Virus record (IMG/VR): IMGVR_UViG_2690316068_000001 | Span: 31,208-95,207 of that record | DNA length: 64,000 bases | Source of the DNA: a virus | Lineage: Duplodnaviria; Heunggongvirae; Uroviricota; Caudoviricetes | Strand: one strand, 5' to 3' | Part shown: positions 31,735 through 42,418 of the stretch, in pieces | Numbering within the stretch: the first letter of the stretch is position 1 | How the letters are laid out: each line of letters begins with the position of its first letter | Made by a program: the position numbers and the translations under genes | Notes under the pieces: generated by a model | Seen by the model: only the letters and a program-made list of their open reading frames with translations | Databases searched by the model: none | Told to the model about the DNA's origin: nothing

Positions 31735-32778
31735 GTGAAAGCCGTAATTACTCCCTTTGTACAGAAAGAGCTTGGCCTCGCCACGTTCAAAGTGGATCAG
31801 GAGGTCAGAAAACTGGTGGAGGCTGGCCGTAAATTTATCATGGAGCCGGTGCCGCGTGAGTTAATCGAGCACATGGAAGACGGCCTCGTTGTTACCGAGC
31901 AAACCATGGCAACAAATGAGGCGTTGCAGCCGTTTTTTAACAGCGATGAACTGTTTCGCCGTATTGGTGGAATTGACGCGCTGGTGGCGTGGTTGCGTAG
32001 GAAAGAGGGTCAATGCCAGGCCGCAGATCGTAGTTGGTGTGACAACCATATTGTCCACGCTGAACGAGACAATAGCGCGGTGTTGTTGTGCTGGCATCAC
32101 GATAACCATTACCGGATGCGTGGTTTTAATGAGCTGAAAGAAACGCTGCACAATAATCGCGTTAACTGGATACTGGATGTCGCCCGTCAGGAAATGGGCC
32201 TTTCAAATAGCCATGATTTAAGTATTCAGGAGCTGTGCTGGTGGGCTTTCATGCGCAACATGATGCACCTGATGCCGGAAGAAGTCTGCCGCATATCAAT
32301 AAATAAGATGAAGGCTACTCCGCAGGATAGCGGACCTCTGAAAGAGGCGGATATTCGCCCGTATGACGATCGCGCTACAGCATATGTTCAGATGATGGAA
32401 GAACGCGCCGCGCCGATGCGTGCAAAAGTATGCCCTGTGGATGTTGACTCCGACCCAGGTATGGCGCATTTCAAAATACCAAAACTTCAATCGCTAAAAT
32501 TGCCCGAGTACATGGACTTTGTGGCTTCCCGTCCATGCTGTGGCTGTGGAGCTGCGGGAGCTGGCGCTCACATTACGCCTTATATCGTTCGTCATAGTCG
32601 ATTATGCGCGCATGACATTTATGCTATTCCTCTGTGCCAGTCATGCCAGCGTGATATTGAGCGTGACCGCGATAATTGGGAGAAGACGCACGGTAGGCTG
32701 GCGATGCATCAACGATTGTTCTTTGATTACGCGCTTGGAGTCGGCGCTATCACAAGTCACTCGTCGAGCGTTAGATAA
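31735..32778 (+). CDS. hypothetical protein downstream of doc (PdcB-like), Cys-rich C-terminus
   Basis: 347 aa; GTG start with AAAGGTG RBS; C-terminal CCGCG...C..C.SCQ cysteine cluster. Confidence 0.4.
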   Translation: MKAVITPFVQKELGLATFKVDQEVRKLVEAGRKFIMEPVPRELIEHMEDGLVVTEQTMATNEALQPFFNSDELFRRIGGIDALVAWLRRKEGQCQAADRSWCDNHIVHAERDNSAVLLCWHHDNHYRMRGFNELKETLHNNRVNWILDVARQEMGLSNSHDLSIQELCWWAFMRNMMHLMPEEVCRISINKMKATPQDSGPLKEADIRPYDDRATAYVQMMEERAAPMRAKVCPVDVDSDPGMAHFKIPKLQSLKLPEYMDFVASRPCCGCGAAGAGAHITPYIVRHSRLCAHDIYAIPLCQSCQRDIERDRDNWEKTHGRLAMHQRLFFDYALGVGAITSHSSSVR

Positions 32779-32779
32779 A

Positions 32780-32796
32780 ATTGCTCTAATGTATTG
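32780..32796 (+). promoter_or_regulatory. C1 operator match upstream of lpa
   Basis: ATTGCTCTAATGTATTG; P1 lpa is known to be C1-controlled. Confidence 0.55.
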
Positions 32797-32866
32797 CTAT
32801 TTCTTTAATCGAGGGTATTATATTCCACGTTGATTAGTTGACATGGGCTAATCAGTAGGTGACAGG

Positions 32867-33319
32867 ATGTTACTTAACTGGCAGGGACGCCACTTCATGG
32901 AAATAAATCACTCACGAATAACATCGTACGAGATTGCGGATTACATGATCCGCACTAAATCTCTTCTATCAGCGAAAGAACTCGCAGCAATTCTTGAAAA
33001 GGAATACCCGCATCTGGATGTCGATAAGCGCGATGTTTATCTGCGCTTAAAGGCTATCGCTGTGTCTAAGTATTCGTCTGTTTTGATTGATGACAGTACA
33101 CGCCCACGTAGATTTCAGATCCACTCTCTGAATCCTGAATTCTTTCGCCGCAGCCGCGCTCCGCGCCGGTTTGATGAAAAACTCCAGAACGAACTCTATA
33201 TGACGCAGGACGAAAAGGAACGCCGGGAGCACCAGCCTTGGGTGATGGCGCGTCAACTTTTCAATAAGGTGGTCCGTCAGCACCGTCATTACGGTAATGC
33301 CACATCCGCACGTATCTGA
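32867..33319 (+). CDS. lpa: late promoter activator (Lpa, gene 10-like)
   Basis: 150-aa ORF immediately upstream of pacA with C1 operator upstream; assignment by conserved gene order. Confidence 0.55.
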   Translation: MLLNWQGRHFMEINHSRITSYEIADYMIRTKSLLSAKELAAILEKEYPHLDVDKRDVYLRLKAIAVSKYSSVLIDDSTRPRRFQIHSLNPEFFRRSRAPRRFDEKLQNELYMTQDEKERREHQPWVMARQLFNKVVRQHRHYGNATSARI

Positions 33320-33405
33320 TTGATTGCTTGCCCGTTCCGGGCCTTTTGACATGTGACTTTCGTTACCCTCGCGTCAAAAAGAGTTTTATACGAAAGGAAG
33401 CATAA

Positions 33406-34599
33406 GTGACCTGGGACGATCACAAGAAGAATTTTGCTCGCCTGGCGCGAGATGGTGGTTACACCATCGCACAATATGCCGCCGAGTTTAATCTCAACCC
33501 AAACACCGCACGTCGTTATCTCCGTGCATTCAAAGAAGACACCGGAACAGCGGACAGCCGTAAGCCAAATAAGCCTGTCAGAAAACCACTAAAAAGCATG
33601 ATCATTGATCACGCTAATGATCAACGTGCAGGTGATCACATTGTGGCTGAAATGGCTGAAAAACAAAGAGTTAATGCTGTTGTCAGTGCCGCAGTCGAGA
33701 ACGCGAAGCGCCAGAATAAGCGCATAAATGATCGTTCTGATGATCATGACGTGATCACCCGCGCCCACCGGACCTTACGTGATCGCCTGGAACGCGACAC
33801 CCTGGATGATGATGGTGAACGCTTTGAATTCGAAGCTGGCGATTACCTGATAGATAACGTTGAAGCGCGGAAGGCCGCGCGCGCTATGTTGCGTCGGTCC
33901 GGGGCTGATGTTCTGGAAACCACTCTTCTGGAAAAGTCTCTCTCTCATCTCCTTATGCTGGAGAACGCCAGGGATACGTGTATTCGCTTGGTTCAGGAAA
34001 TGCGCGATCAGCAAAAAGACGATGATGAAGGAACTCCGCCTGAATACCGTATCGCGAGCATGCTAAACAGCTGTTCCGCGCAGATAAGCAGCCTGATCAA
34101 CACCATTTACAGCATCCGGAATAACTATCGAAAAGAAAGCCGGGAGGCGGAAAAGCACGCTTTGTCTATGGGGCAAGCTGGCATTGTTAAGCTGGCATAC
34201 GAACGAAAGCGTGAAAACAACTGGTCAGTGCTGGAGGCAGCTGAATTCATCGAGGCGCATGGAGGGAAAGTACCGCCCCTGATGCTGGAGCAAATCAAAG
34301 CCGATCTGCGTGCTCCTAAGACCAATACCGATGATGAGGAAAGGCAAACAGCCGTCGGTGGCCCTTCTCTTGAAGATCTGGACAAAGTTGCGCGAGAACG
34401 GGCCGCCAACCGCCGCGCCGATGCCGCATTGTGGATTGAGCAGCGTAGGGAAGAAATCGCCGATATCGTTGATACAGGCGGTTATGGAGATGTTGATACT
34501 GAAGGTGTATCAAACGACCCATGGCTGGAACAAGACCTGGACGAAGACGAGGAGGAAGACGAAGAAGTTACCCGCAAGCTATACGGGGATGATGATTAA
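33406..34599 (+). CDS. pacA: terminase small/pac-recognition subunit
   Basis: 397 aa; contains the hexamer-repeat pac site within its coding sequence as in P1; acidic C-terminus. Confidence 0.8.
   Translation: MTWDDHKKNFARLARDGGYTIAQYAAEFNLNPNTARRYLRAFKEDTGTADSRKPNKPVRKPLKSMIIDHANDQRAGDHIVAEMAEKQRVNAVVSAAVENAKRQNKRINDRSDDHDVITRAHRTLRDRLERDTLDDDGERFEFEAGDYLIDNVEARKAARAMLRRSGADVLETTLLEKSLSHLLMLENARDTCIRLVQEMRDQQKDDDEGTPPEYRIASMLNSCSAQISSLINTIYSIRNNYRKESREAEKHALSMGQAGIVKLAYERKRENNWSVLEAAEFIEAHGGKVPPLMLEQIKADLRAPKTNTDDEERQTAVGGPSLEDLDKVARERAANRRADAALWIEQRREEIADIVDTGGYGDVDTEGVSNDPWLEQDLDEDEEEDEEVTRKLYGDDD
33599..33757 (+). other. pac: pac packaging site (4 + 3 TGATCA hexamers with Dam GATC sites)
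   Basis: TGATCA at 33599, 33606, 33618, 33633 and TGATCG/TGATCA at 33729, 33741, 33752; about 159 bp span. Confidence 0.8.
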
Positions 34600-36083
34600 T
34601 GGCCAGAAGTTGCGTAACGGATCCACGTTGGCGCGAGCTGGTGGCGCTATATCGTTATGACTGGATTGCTGCCGCTGATGTTTTGTTCGGCAAAACACCT
34701 ACCTGGCAGCAGGATCTGATTATTGAGTCTGTGCAGGAACAGGGTAGCAAGACATCTGTTTCGTCTGGTCACGGTACCGGGAAATCAGACATGACTTCTA
34801 TCATGATCATGTTGTTCATAATCATGTATCCAGGTGCCCGTGCCATTATCGTTGCGAACAAAATTCAGCAGGTAATGACCGGTATATTCAAGTACATCAA
34901 GATAAACTGGGCTACTGCCACCAGCCGTTTCCCATGGCTTGCTGATTATTTTGTTCTGACAGAAACCGCTTTCTATGAGATTACTGGTAAAGGTGTATGG
35001 ACTGTAGTACCGAAGGGCTTTCGTCTGGGAAGTGAAGAAGCTCTCGCCGGTGAACACGCAGATCATCTTCTGTATATTATCGATGAAGCCTCCGGTGTCA
35101 GTGATAGAGCTTTCGGTATCATCACCGGTGCTCTTACCGGACAGGATAACCGCATCTTATTGCTGTCACAGCCTACACGCCCAAGCGGCTATTTCTACGA
35201 TACACACCATAAACTGGCCAAGCGTCCTGGTAACCCTGATGGCGTTTATACGGCGATCACGCTTAACAGTGAGGAATCACCGTTGGTAACGCCAGCATTT
35301 ATCAAAATGAAGCTGGCGGAGTACGGCGGGCGTGATAACCCTATGTACATGATTAAGGTACGCGGCCTATTCCCTAAATCACAGGATGGCTTCCTTCTTG
35401 GGCGTGATGAGGTTGAACGTGCAACGCGGCGGAAAGTCAAGATTGCAAAAGGATGGGGCTGGCTTGCATGTGTGGACGTTGCTGGTGGTACGGGACGGGA
35501 TAAGTCCGTTATCAATATCATGATGGTGTCCGGCCAGCGAAATAAACGCCGTGTAATCAACTATCGAATGCTGGAATACACAGACGTTACAGAAACGCAG
35601 CTTGCCGCCAAAATTTTCGCAGAATGTAATCCTGAGCGATTCCCCAATATCACCATAGCGATAGACGGCGATGGCCTGGGTAAAGCAACGGCGGATCTGA
35701 TGTACGAGTATTATGGTATTACCGTACAGCGTATACGCTGGGGTAAAAAGATGCATAGCCGTGAAGATAAGAGCCTGTACTTTGATAAACGTGCTTATGC
35801 CAACGTTCAAGCCGCAGAGGCCGTAAAATCTGGTCGTATGAGACTGGATAAGGGTAATGAAACTATTGAGGAAGCGTCGAAAATCCCTGTAGGGATTAAC
35901 TCCGCAGGTCAATGGAAGGTGATGAGTAAGGAGGATATGAAGAAAAAACTCAACCTGCACTCACCAGACCATTGGGATACATATTGTTTCGCTATGCTGG
36001 CTGATTATGTTCCCCAGGATGAAGTGCTTAGCGTCGAAGACGAAGCGCAGGTTGATGAAGCTCTGGCATGGCTTAATGAATAA
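34599..36083 (+). CDS. pacB: terminase large subunit
   Basis: 494 aa; ATG overlaps pacA stop; Walker [11 protein letters not shown]; position and length match P1 PacB. Confidence 0.8.
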   Translation: MARSCVTDPRWRELVALYRYDWIAAADVLFGKTPTWQQDLIIESVQEQGSKTSVSSGHGTGKSDMTSIMIMLFIIMYPGARAIIVANKIQQVMTGIFKYIKINWATATSRFPWLADYFVLTETAFYEITGKGVWTVVPKGFRLGSEEALAGEHADHLLYIIDEASGVSDRAFGIITGALTGQDNRILLLSQPTRPSGYFYDTHHKLAKRPGNPDGVYTAITLNSEESPLVTPAFIKMKLAEYGGRDNPMYMIKVRGLFPKSQDGFLLGRDEVERATRRKVKIAKGWGWLACVDVAGGTGRDKSVINIMMVSGQRNKRRVINYRMLEYTDVTETQLAAKIFAECNPERFPNITIAIDGDGLGKATADLMYEYYGITVQRIRWGKKMHSREDKSLYFDKRAYANVQAAEAVKSGRMRLDKGNETIEEASKIPVGINSAGQWKVMSKEDMKKKLNLHSPDHWDTYCFAMLADYVPQDEVLSVEDEAQVDEALAWLNE

Positions 36084-36107
36084 CTCATTGACCATGCCGG
36101 ATAGAAA

Positions 36108-36959
36108 CTATTGCGCGCTTTCGGGGTTGTCGTTTACTGGCTGCCCCTTCTTAGTGTTACGGCTGCGCGTAACTGATGCGGCTGATTTGACCTTTTTCTC
36201 TTCGCGAGTGATGGCAATTTGTTTTTTTACATTTTCAATATCTGCCAGGCGATATATTTTTGCCTGCGGCCAGCGGTCGCAGATGATCGGTTCTATAGAG
36301 TCATAAAGGCTAAATTTTGCTTTCTCGAATTCACCGTTGATGATGATTCCATCACGGAGAGTTTCATCGCAGATAAACACACCACACAGCGGCACATGGT
36401 AACTAACTGATTTACCATCATTGTAGTTAGGGCTACTGGAAATGTAGTGGACGCGCAGCATTGTTTCGCTAAAGCCGTGTACACGCATACGGAATTTTTC
36501 ATCCTCCGGGTACTGCTTCATTAGCTCTTTTGTTGCTTCCAGGTTCTCTATGTATTTCGCACTGTGCTCATTGATCCCCGCGCTTTTCTGGATGCGAATG
36601 TCCTTATCAATCAGATGAATAATGCGGCCAGCGGTCATGTTGACGCTGTTCACAGCTTCTGTCTGATAAGTCGTAACCTTACGCACACCGCGAAGGATGT
36701 TAGGCACTGGATATAAAATAGTCTTTGGGATATTGAGGTCTGGGTACTGTTCCAGTTCCCGCGCCATTAAAGTCCATTTATCAATTTCAGCCTGAATGCT
36801 GTCCGTTTCTTTGAACGGCAGAACGACAACCGGGCGAACAGGACGACCGTCGCTGGCGGCATCAACGTGTTGGGCGCGTGCAACAGCTTTTTTTAGAAAG
36901 AGATCCCTGAAGCTGACGAACTCCTGGTACAGTTGTTCGCCGTAGACATAATTTATCAT
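36108..36959 (-). CDS. c1: C1 master repressor of lysogeny
   Basis: 283 aa (P1 C1 length); adjacent to coi and operator cluster; multiple C1 operators genome-wide. Confidence 0.8.
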   Translation of the reverse strand: MINYVYGEQLYQEFVSFRDLFLKKAVARAQHVDAASDGRPVRPVVVLPFKETDSIQAEIDKWTLMARELEQYPDLNIPKTILYPVPNILRGVRKVTTYQTEAVNSVNMTAGRIIHLIDKDIRIQKSAGINEHSAKYIENLEATKELMKQYPEDEKFRMRVHGFSETMLRVHYISSSPNYNDGKSVSYHVPLCGVFICDETLRDGIIINGEFEKAKFSLYDSIEPIICDRWPQAKIYRLADIENVKKQIAITREEKKVKSAASVTRSRNTKKGQPVNDNPESAQ

Positions 36960-37069
36960 TGATCCTCCTCCAGAATTGACATGGCCAACAACTCACAGCG
37001 GATTACACTGGGAGTTGTTGGCCACCATTATAGAAGGATCCAACGAAAATAATAGATTTATTAGTGCAT

Positions 37070-37279
37070 TTATTGTGAGTCTGGCTGGTTAGTGGCCATG
37101 AGATATTCGATTGTGTCAGTGAGATCATCCAGGTCGTCTTGGGTGATGCGGTACTCCTGATTGGATATCTTTGAGTAGTGTTCAGCAATGGCGCGGGCAG
37201 CGTCGGTTTCGGCGGGGTCTACAGATAAAGCGTTAGAGCAATGTCTAACGTCGTCGATGGTTGGTGGAATGAAAGCCAT
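37070..37279 (-). CDS. coi: C1 inactivator Coi
   Basis: 69-aa ORF immediately upstream of c1, same strand, as in P1. Confidence 0.7.
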   Translation of the reverse strand: MAFIPPTIDDVRHCSNALSVDPAETDAARAIAEHYSKISNQEYRITQDDLDDLTDTIEYLMATNQPDSQ

Positions 37280-37518
37280 AATTATGCCTCACTGTATTGA
37301 CAACACAGAGCCTGAAGCTCTGACCTACTGTTTCACCCATGATCCATGCTGGGGTAATCTAACAACATTGCGCTGTGTGTAAGATGAGCAATGCATAGCT
37401 GTAATGCCGTTGTATAAGGTTTCCCTGTTTGCTCATTTCCTTCTGAGCCGCTCTACAACGCTGAAGACACATTAAATAGTGAATCCAAAGTCGTATTACG
37501 AAACGGCGGCAAAACTAT

Positions 37519-37534
37519 AATTTATTAGAGCAAT
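37519..37534 (-). promoter_or_regulatory. C1 operator match (Op99-like cluster)
   Basis: Reverse complement ATTGCTCTAATAAATT; upstream of coi-c1. Confidence 0.6.
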
Positions 37535-37600
37535 TGTCAAACAACTATGAAAAACAATCCAGTTTTTGGCTGGTGGAGTGGGATTTTTCTCTCAAAATTT

Positions 37601-37617
37601 ATTGCTCTAATAATTCT
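37601..37617 (+). promoter_or_regulatory. C1 operator match (Op99-like cluster)
   Basis: ATTGCTCTAATAATTCT. Confidence 0.6.
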
Positions 37618-37660
37618 TGATTTTTATGCGCAGCTGGACGTAAACTCCTCTTCAGACCTA

Positions 37661-37694
37661 ATAACTTCGTATAGCATACATTATACGAAGTTAT
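37661..37694 (+). other. loxP: loxP site-specific recombination site
   Basis: Exact 34-bp ATAACTTCGTATA-GCATACAT-TATACGAAGTTAT. Confidence 0.98.
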
Positions 37695-38112
37695 CTTAAG
37701 GGTTATTGAACATGATCAATTTACCTGTAAATCCATACAGTTCAATACCTTATCAGGTCAAATAGTGATCACTTGATCATTTGATCAAGGTTGCGCTACG
37801 TAAAATCTGTGAAATGTTGGCAGTGTTTGTGCTCCAGATTTCGCGTAGCGCACTTAGCACCACCAATCAATCAGAGGTGAAAAATGGGATATTCAGCTGC
37901 TAAAGTGTCCACTCATCTTGAGCTTGAGAAAAACCGTGGTTACTGGCGGGCAAAAGGGTTTGATCGTGATAGTTGTCAACTGTCATTATCGCGCGGTGAA
38001 GAGAAAATAGAACGCACGCGCGGTCGCTGGCGTTTCTATGACGAGAACCATAAACAGGTAAAGGCAGAGCCGATCCTGTACACTTTACTTAAAACCATTA
38101 TCTGAGTGTTAA

Positions 38113-39144
38113 ATGTCCAATTTACTGACCGTACACCAAAATTTGCCTGCATTACCGGTCGATGCAACGAGTGATGAGGTTCGCAAGAACCTGATGGACA
38201 TGTTCAGGGATCGCCAGGCGTTTTCTGAGCATACCTGGAAAATGCTTCTGTCCGTTTGCCGGTCGTGGGCGGCATGGTGCAAGTTGAATAACCGGAAATG
38301 GTTTCCCGCAGAACCTGAAGATGTTCGCGATTATCTTCTATATCTTCAGGCGCGCGGTCTGGCAGTAAAAACTATCCAGCAACATTTGGGCCAGCTAAAT
38401 ATGCTTCATCGTCGGTCCGGGCTGCCACGACCAAGTGACAGCAATGCTGTTTCACTGGTCATGCGACGGATCCGAAAAGAAAACGTTGATGCCGGTGAGC
38501 GTGCAAAACAGGCATTGGCGTTCGAACGCACTGATTTCGACCAGGTTCGTTCACTCATGGAAAATAGCGATCGCTGCCAGGATATACGTAATCTGGCATT
38601 TCTTGGGATTGCTTATAATACCCTGCTACGTATAGCAGAAATTGCCAGGATCAGGGTTAAAGATATCTCACGTACTGACGGTGGGAGAATGTTAATCCAT
38701 ATTGGCAGAACGAAAACGCTGGTTAGCGCCGCAGGTGTAGAGAAGGCACTTAGCCTGGGGGTAACTAAACTGGTCGAGCGATGGATTTCTGTCTCTGGTG
38801 TAGCTGATGATCCTAATAACTACCTGTTTTGCCGGGTCAGAAAAAATGGTGTTGCCGCGCCATCTGCCACCAGCCAGCTATCAACTCGCGCCCTGGAAGG
38901 GATTTTTGAAGCAACTCATCGATTGATTTACGGCGCTAAGGATGACTCTGGTCAGAGATACCTGGCCTGGTCTGGACACAGTGCCCGTGTCGGAGCCGCG
39001 CGAGATATGGCCCGCGCTGGAGTTTCAATACCGGAGATCATGCAAGCTGGTGGCTGGACCAATGTAAATATTGTCATGAACTATATCCGTAACCTGGATA
39101 GTGAAACAGGGGCAATGGTGCGCCTGCTGGAAGATGGCGATTAG
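38113..39144 (+). CDS. cre: Cre tyrosine recombinase
   Basis: 343-aa protein MSNLLTVHQNLPALPVDATSDEVRKNLMDMFRDRQAFSEHTWKMLLSVCRSW... matches Cre as I recall it; adjacent loxP. Confidence 0.97.
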   Translation: MSNLLTVHQNLPALPVDATSDEVRKNLMDMFRDRQAFSEHTWKMLLSVCRSWAAWCKLNNRKWFPAEPEDVRDYLLYLQARGLAVKTIQQHLGQLNMLHRRSGLPRPSDSNAVSLVMRRIRKENVDAGERAKQALAFERTDFDQVRSLMENSDRCQDIRNLAFLGIAYNTLLRIAEIARIRVKDISRTDGGRMLIHIGRTKTLVSAAGVEKALSLGVTKLVERWISVSGVADDPNNYLFCRVRKNGVAAPSATSQLSTRALEGIFEATHRLIYGAKDDSGQRYLAWSGHSARVGAARDMARAGVSIPEIMQAGGWTNVNIVMNYIRNLDSETGAMVRLLEDGD

Positions 39145-39161
39145 CCATTAACGCGTAAATG

Positions 39162-39178
39162 ATTGCTCTAATTCTTTG
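39162..39178 (+). promoter_or_regulatory. C1 operator match
   Basis: ATTGCTCTAATTCTTTG upstream of cra. Confidence 0.55.
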
Positions 39179-39194
39179 ATATTTATGGTGACAT

Positions 39195-39506
39195 ATGAGA
39201 AAGGATTTCAACATCGACGGAAAATATGTAGTGCTGTCTGTAAGCACTAATATTCAGTCGCCAGCCGTCATTGTCACTGTAAAGTTGAGCGATAGAATGC
39301 CTGATATTGACTCAATATCCGTTGCGTTCCCTGTCAAAAGTATGCGTAGTGCTGAACATTTCGTGATGAATGCCACCGAGGAAGAAGCACGGCGCGGTTT
39401 TGCCAAAGTGATGTCTGAGTTTGGCGAATTTTTGGGGCACGTTGACAAAGCCCTCTCAATCAGTTCAGCAAGGTCCAAAGCATTAACAGCTTCCATGATG
39501 AAATAA
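39195..39506 (+). CDS. cra: Cre-associated small protein (Cra-like)
   Basis: 103-aa ORF directly downstream of cre; by position. Confidence 0.45.
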   Translation: MRKDFNIDGKYVVLSVSTNIQSPAVIVTVKLSDRMPDIDSISVAFPVKSMRSAEHFVMNATEEEARRGFAKVMSEFGEFLGHVDKALSISSARSKALTASMMK

Positions 39507-39640
39507 AAAAAAAGCCTGGCAAGGAGCCAGGCTGCACAAAAGAGCGGGTTTGTATTCCGCATCCAATCAATCAAGAAGGAGTATAGCACACAGGTACTGA
39601 AGAGAAAAAAATGTGATTCGCGATAAATAAAATAGCTACC

Positions 39641-39657
39641 ATTGCTCTAATTGATTG
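39641..39657 (+). promoter_or_regulatory. C1 operator match upstream of ref
   Basis: ATTGCTCTAATTGATTG; P1 ref is C1-controlled. Confidence 0.6.
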
Positions 39658-39723
39658 TTATAATTGAGCCGCAGTTTTTGTCAACTACGAAGACGTGCCA
39701 TTACTTAACTCCTTGACATCATA

Positions 39724-39749
39724 GGCGGCCATTAGGCCGCCTTTTTTTT
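39724..39749 (+). terminator. rho-independent terminator
   Basis: GGCGGCC-ATTA-GGCCGCC followed by T8. Confidence 0.7.
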
Positions 39750-39755
39750 GACCAT

Positions 39756-40316
39756 ATGAAAACAATCGAACAAAAAATTGAACAGTGCCGCAAGTGGCAG
39801 AAGGCAGCCAGAGAACGAGCGATCGCTCGGCAACGGGAGAAGTTGGCTGATCCGGTCTGGCGAGAATCTCAATATCAGAAAATGCGAGATACTATCGACC
39901 GCCGTATCGCTAAACAGAAAGAGCGCCCACCAGCCAGCAAAACGCGGAAAAGCGCGGTAAAAATAAAATCTCGTGGCTTGAAGGGGAGAACACCAACGGC
40001 GGAGGAACGGCGCATCGCCAATGCTCTTGGCGCTCTCCCCTGCATTGCCTGCTATATGCATGGAGTAATATCTAATGAGGTGTCTCTGCACCATATCGCC
40101 GGTCGTACCGCGCCGGGTTGTCATAAAAAGCAATTGCCACTTTGTAGATGGCACCACCAGCATGCAGCACCGGCTGAAGTAAGAGCAAAATACCCCTGGC
40201 TGGTCCCTGTTCATGCCGATGGTGTGGTTGGAGGCAAGAAAGAATTCACCCTGCTGAACAAGTCAGAGATGGAGTTACTGGCTGACGCCTATGAGATGGC
40301 AAACATCATGCACTAA
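39756..40316 (+). CDS. ref: Ref recombination enhancement HNH endonuclease
   Basis: 186 aa (P1 Ref length); HNH-like core CIACYMHGV...HHIAGR...CRWHHQH; basic N-terminus. Confidence 0.85.
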   Translation: MKTIEQKIEQCRKWQKAARERAIARQREKLADPVWRESQYQKMRDTIDRRIAKQKERPPASKTRKSAVKIKSRGLKGRTPTAEERRIANALGALPCIACYMHGVISNEVSLHHIAGRTAPGCHKKQLPLCRWHHQHAAPAEVRAKYPWLVPVHADGVVGGKKEFTLLNKSEMELLADAYEMANIMH

Positions 40317-40505
40317 TAAATATATTATTTTTAATGATAAATGATTGACAGCTGACAAGTGACTTCAGTCAGAATCATCACACGCCCGGTACGGATGGAT
40401 CCCTTTTCAAATATTCCATGGACGGCACAGTCTAAGTACCGGGCGCTACCTTCAGTTGTATTGCTAAGCCGCCGCTGGTGGCTTTTCTTTTTTGTAGGGG
40501 GCGCT

Positions 40506-41147
40506 ATGGATAAGAAAATATGCGTTGTTTCGATGAGCGTCGGCAAACCGGCGTCAATGACTGCTGCATGGATCAATAACGAGCTGATAATGGCTGAGCG
40601 GACCAGCTACCCTGAACGCCGCCGCGATATGGAACTCCAGCTGCTGCGCGAATTGCGAGAAAAAGAGGAAAAGGGTTTTATCGTGCTGGTGGAAGAGGAA
40701 AACAGCTTTATTACCGGTCGAGTTGGCCAGCGTGTAAGGTTGCGTGATCCCTTCATGAACGGCAGACCGGTACTGATTGAAGCAATGCAGATTTACAAGG
40801 AATTGGAACGCCAGAAAGCGATCAAGTTACCGCGCAAGGAATCCGGCAAATACATCCTTCACCAAAGCATCTTCGATTCCGAACACGATAAAAAAGGCGA
40901 TGAATTTTTCAACATCAACTGGAGCGAAATAACGACAGAACATGTTCTGTCGTTACTATGTTGCTTTGCGACGGAATACAACAACGTTGCCAGCGCCGAC
41001 TACATCAGGGCAATGGCTGGAGAAGTTGAGGCCCATCAGGAACCATCATTACTAAGTCCCCTGATTAACATAATTCGCGGAACTCAAACACTAACGCAAA
41101 AACAAGTGCCGCAAGGAGAATTAACAGGTAAACAGAACTATTTATAA
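40506..41147 (+). CDS. mat: particle maturation protein (Mat-like)
   Basis: ORF after ref; start taken at ATG with AGGGGG RBS (ORF-track upstream extension looks non-coding). Confidence 0.45.
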   Translation: MDKKICVVSMSVGKPASMTAAWINNELIMAERTSYPERRRDMELQLLRELREKEEKGFIVLVEEENSFITGRVGQRVRLRDPFMNGRPVLIEAMQIYKELERQKAIKLPRKESGKYILHQSIFDSEHDKKGDEFFNINWSEITTEHVLSLLCCFATEYNNVASADYIRAMAGEVEAHQEPSLLSPLINIIRGTQTLTQKQVPQGELTGKQNYL

Positions 41148-41250
41148 TAGTTACGTTAGGTAACATTATGGGTATGTTTCATTTTCATACCCATTGATTT
41201 CTAGCTTGATTTGTTATTATATGTAACAACACATTAATCATTTGAACTGG

Positions 41251-42381
41251 ATGTTAGTAATGGGCAGTGAAGTATATCAAAGCCAAAAATGCGAGCTTAA
41301 ATATTCGAAATCTCAAATAGAAAAAGCAGCCAGAAAAATTAGACATGGTTGTGAGGGCGCAGAGCGAGAAGAAGCAATTAAAATGATTCAAAATTTCCGC
41401 GAGCTTCATTTATATCCATTGATGCTAATGAAAAATCATCTTGATAGGGCTGCAAAAAAAGTTGATAAAGAGAATAAGATTATTGTTGCAAGACGCCTAA
41501 AAAGACTTAGCACAATAATTGATAAACTGGAGCGTCCAAGTCTTGACGGCGGCGCAACAAATAATGCAATAGCCCTTACTAGAATGCAGGATATTGGCGG
41601 ATGTAGAGCTATAGTTAGAAACATCGAACAACTAAAGAAACTAAAAGACCGACTAGTTAAAAGTCGCTCCAAGCATAAAATCTTAAAGGAATATGACTAT
41701 TTAACTCCAAAGCCAAGCGGATATAGTGGCATTCACCTTGCATATAGTTGTTTTGATGAAGAAAACGGTAACAATCCGTGGAGTAAAACTAAAATCGAAG
41801 TACAACTAAGAACAGAACTCCAACATGCTTGGGCAACAAGTCTGGAGATAATAGATACACTTGAAAATATTAAGCTGAAAACTTCTAATGAAGGTCACCC
41901 TGAGTGGAGAAGATTTTTTTATCTTTCTGGATGCCTAGTTGCTCATGATGAAGGTGCCTGTATTCTTGATGATGAAACCATCAAAAATTATCAAACAGAG
42001 CTTAAAACATTGGAGGAGGCTTTATCTGTTCGCTCAAAATTAAGTACATATACATTTGCAATGAAGCTGACATCAGATGCAAACCTAAAGAAAAGCCTGC
42101 CCAAAAACCATAATGGATTCTTTTTGGTGAGGATGAGAAACGCCATAACAAAAAATGGCAAGGATACTGGAAAGTTTCTTGTTTCTGTGAAACCTTTTAG
42201 GAAAAAAGAATCGGAACAAGCCCTCCAGGAACTTAATAAGGATGATGCGGATCCTGAAGTATTAATTGCGGTGCTGCTTGCCACTAACAACATTAAATCT
42301 CTTAAAAAGGCTTATCCTAACTATTTTGGGTCAACAAATCAGTTCGGGAGATTCCTTAGCAGACACATTGATACTGTGTAA
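41251..42381 (+). CDS. RelA/SpoT-like nucleotidyltransferase, candidate fused toxSAS toxin-antitoxin (CapRel-like)
   Basis: AT-rich gene occupying the P1 res/mod position; synthetase-domain motifs DIGGCRAIVRN, KPSGYSGIHLAY, EVQLRTELQHAWAT; about 373-376 aa from MLVMGSEV/MGSEV start; C-terminal about 100 aa extension. Confidence 0.7.
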   Translation: MLVMGSEVYQSQKCELKYSKSQIEKAARKIRHGCEGAEREEAIKMIQNFRELHLYPLMLMKNHLDRAAKKVDKENKIIVARRLKRLSTIIDKLERPSLDGGATNNAIALTRMQDIGGCRAIVRNIEQLKKLKDRLVKSRSKHKILKEYDYLTPKPSGYSGIHLAYSCFDEENGNNPWSKTKIEVQLRTELQHAWATSLEIIDTLENIKLKTSNEGHPEWRRFFYLSGCLVAHDEGACILDDETIKNYQTELKTLEEALSVRSKLSTYTFAMKLTSDANLKKSLPKNHNGFFLVRMRNAITKNGKDTGKFLVSVKPFRKKESEQALQELNKDDADPEVLIAVLLATNNIKSLKKAYPNYFGSTNQFGRFLSRHIDTV

Positions 42382-42418
42382 ATTCCTATGCCTGGCTTAG
42401 CCAGGCATAGCCAAAGAT

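Noticed and set aside
37188-37382. ORF 37188-37382 (+) overlapping coi on the opposite strand
   Set aside because: Antisense to the better-supported coi gene and upstream operator cluster; no start context.
39514-39532. Hairpin GCCTGGC-AAGGA-GCCAGGC after cra as a plus-strand terminator
   Set aside because: The A-run precedes rather than follows the hairpin on the plus strand; it may terminate minus-strand transcription instead. Left unannotated as ambiguous; the clear plus-strand terminator is at 39724-39749.
40359-40505. N-terminal 49-aa extension of the mat ORF in the six-frame track
   Set aside because: Extension overlaps the ref 3-prime end and intergenic sequence and reads as non-coding; a good RBS (AGGGGG) precedes the internal ATG at 40506.
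41160-42400. Type III restriction-modification genes (res/mod) expected at this P1 position
   Set aside because: No large methyltransferase or helicase-nuclease ORFs are present between mat and lxc; the interval is fully occupied by the single RelA/SpoT-like gene.
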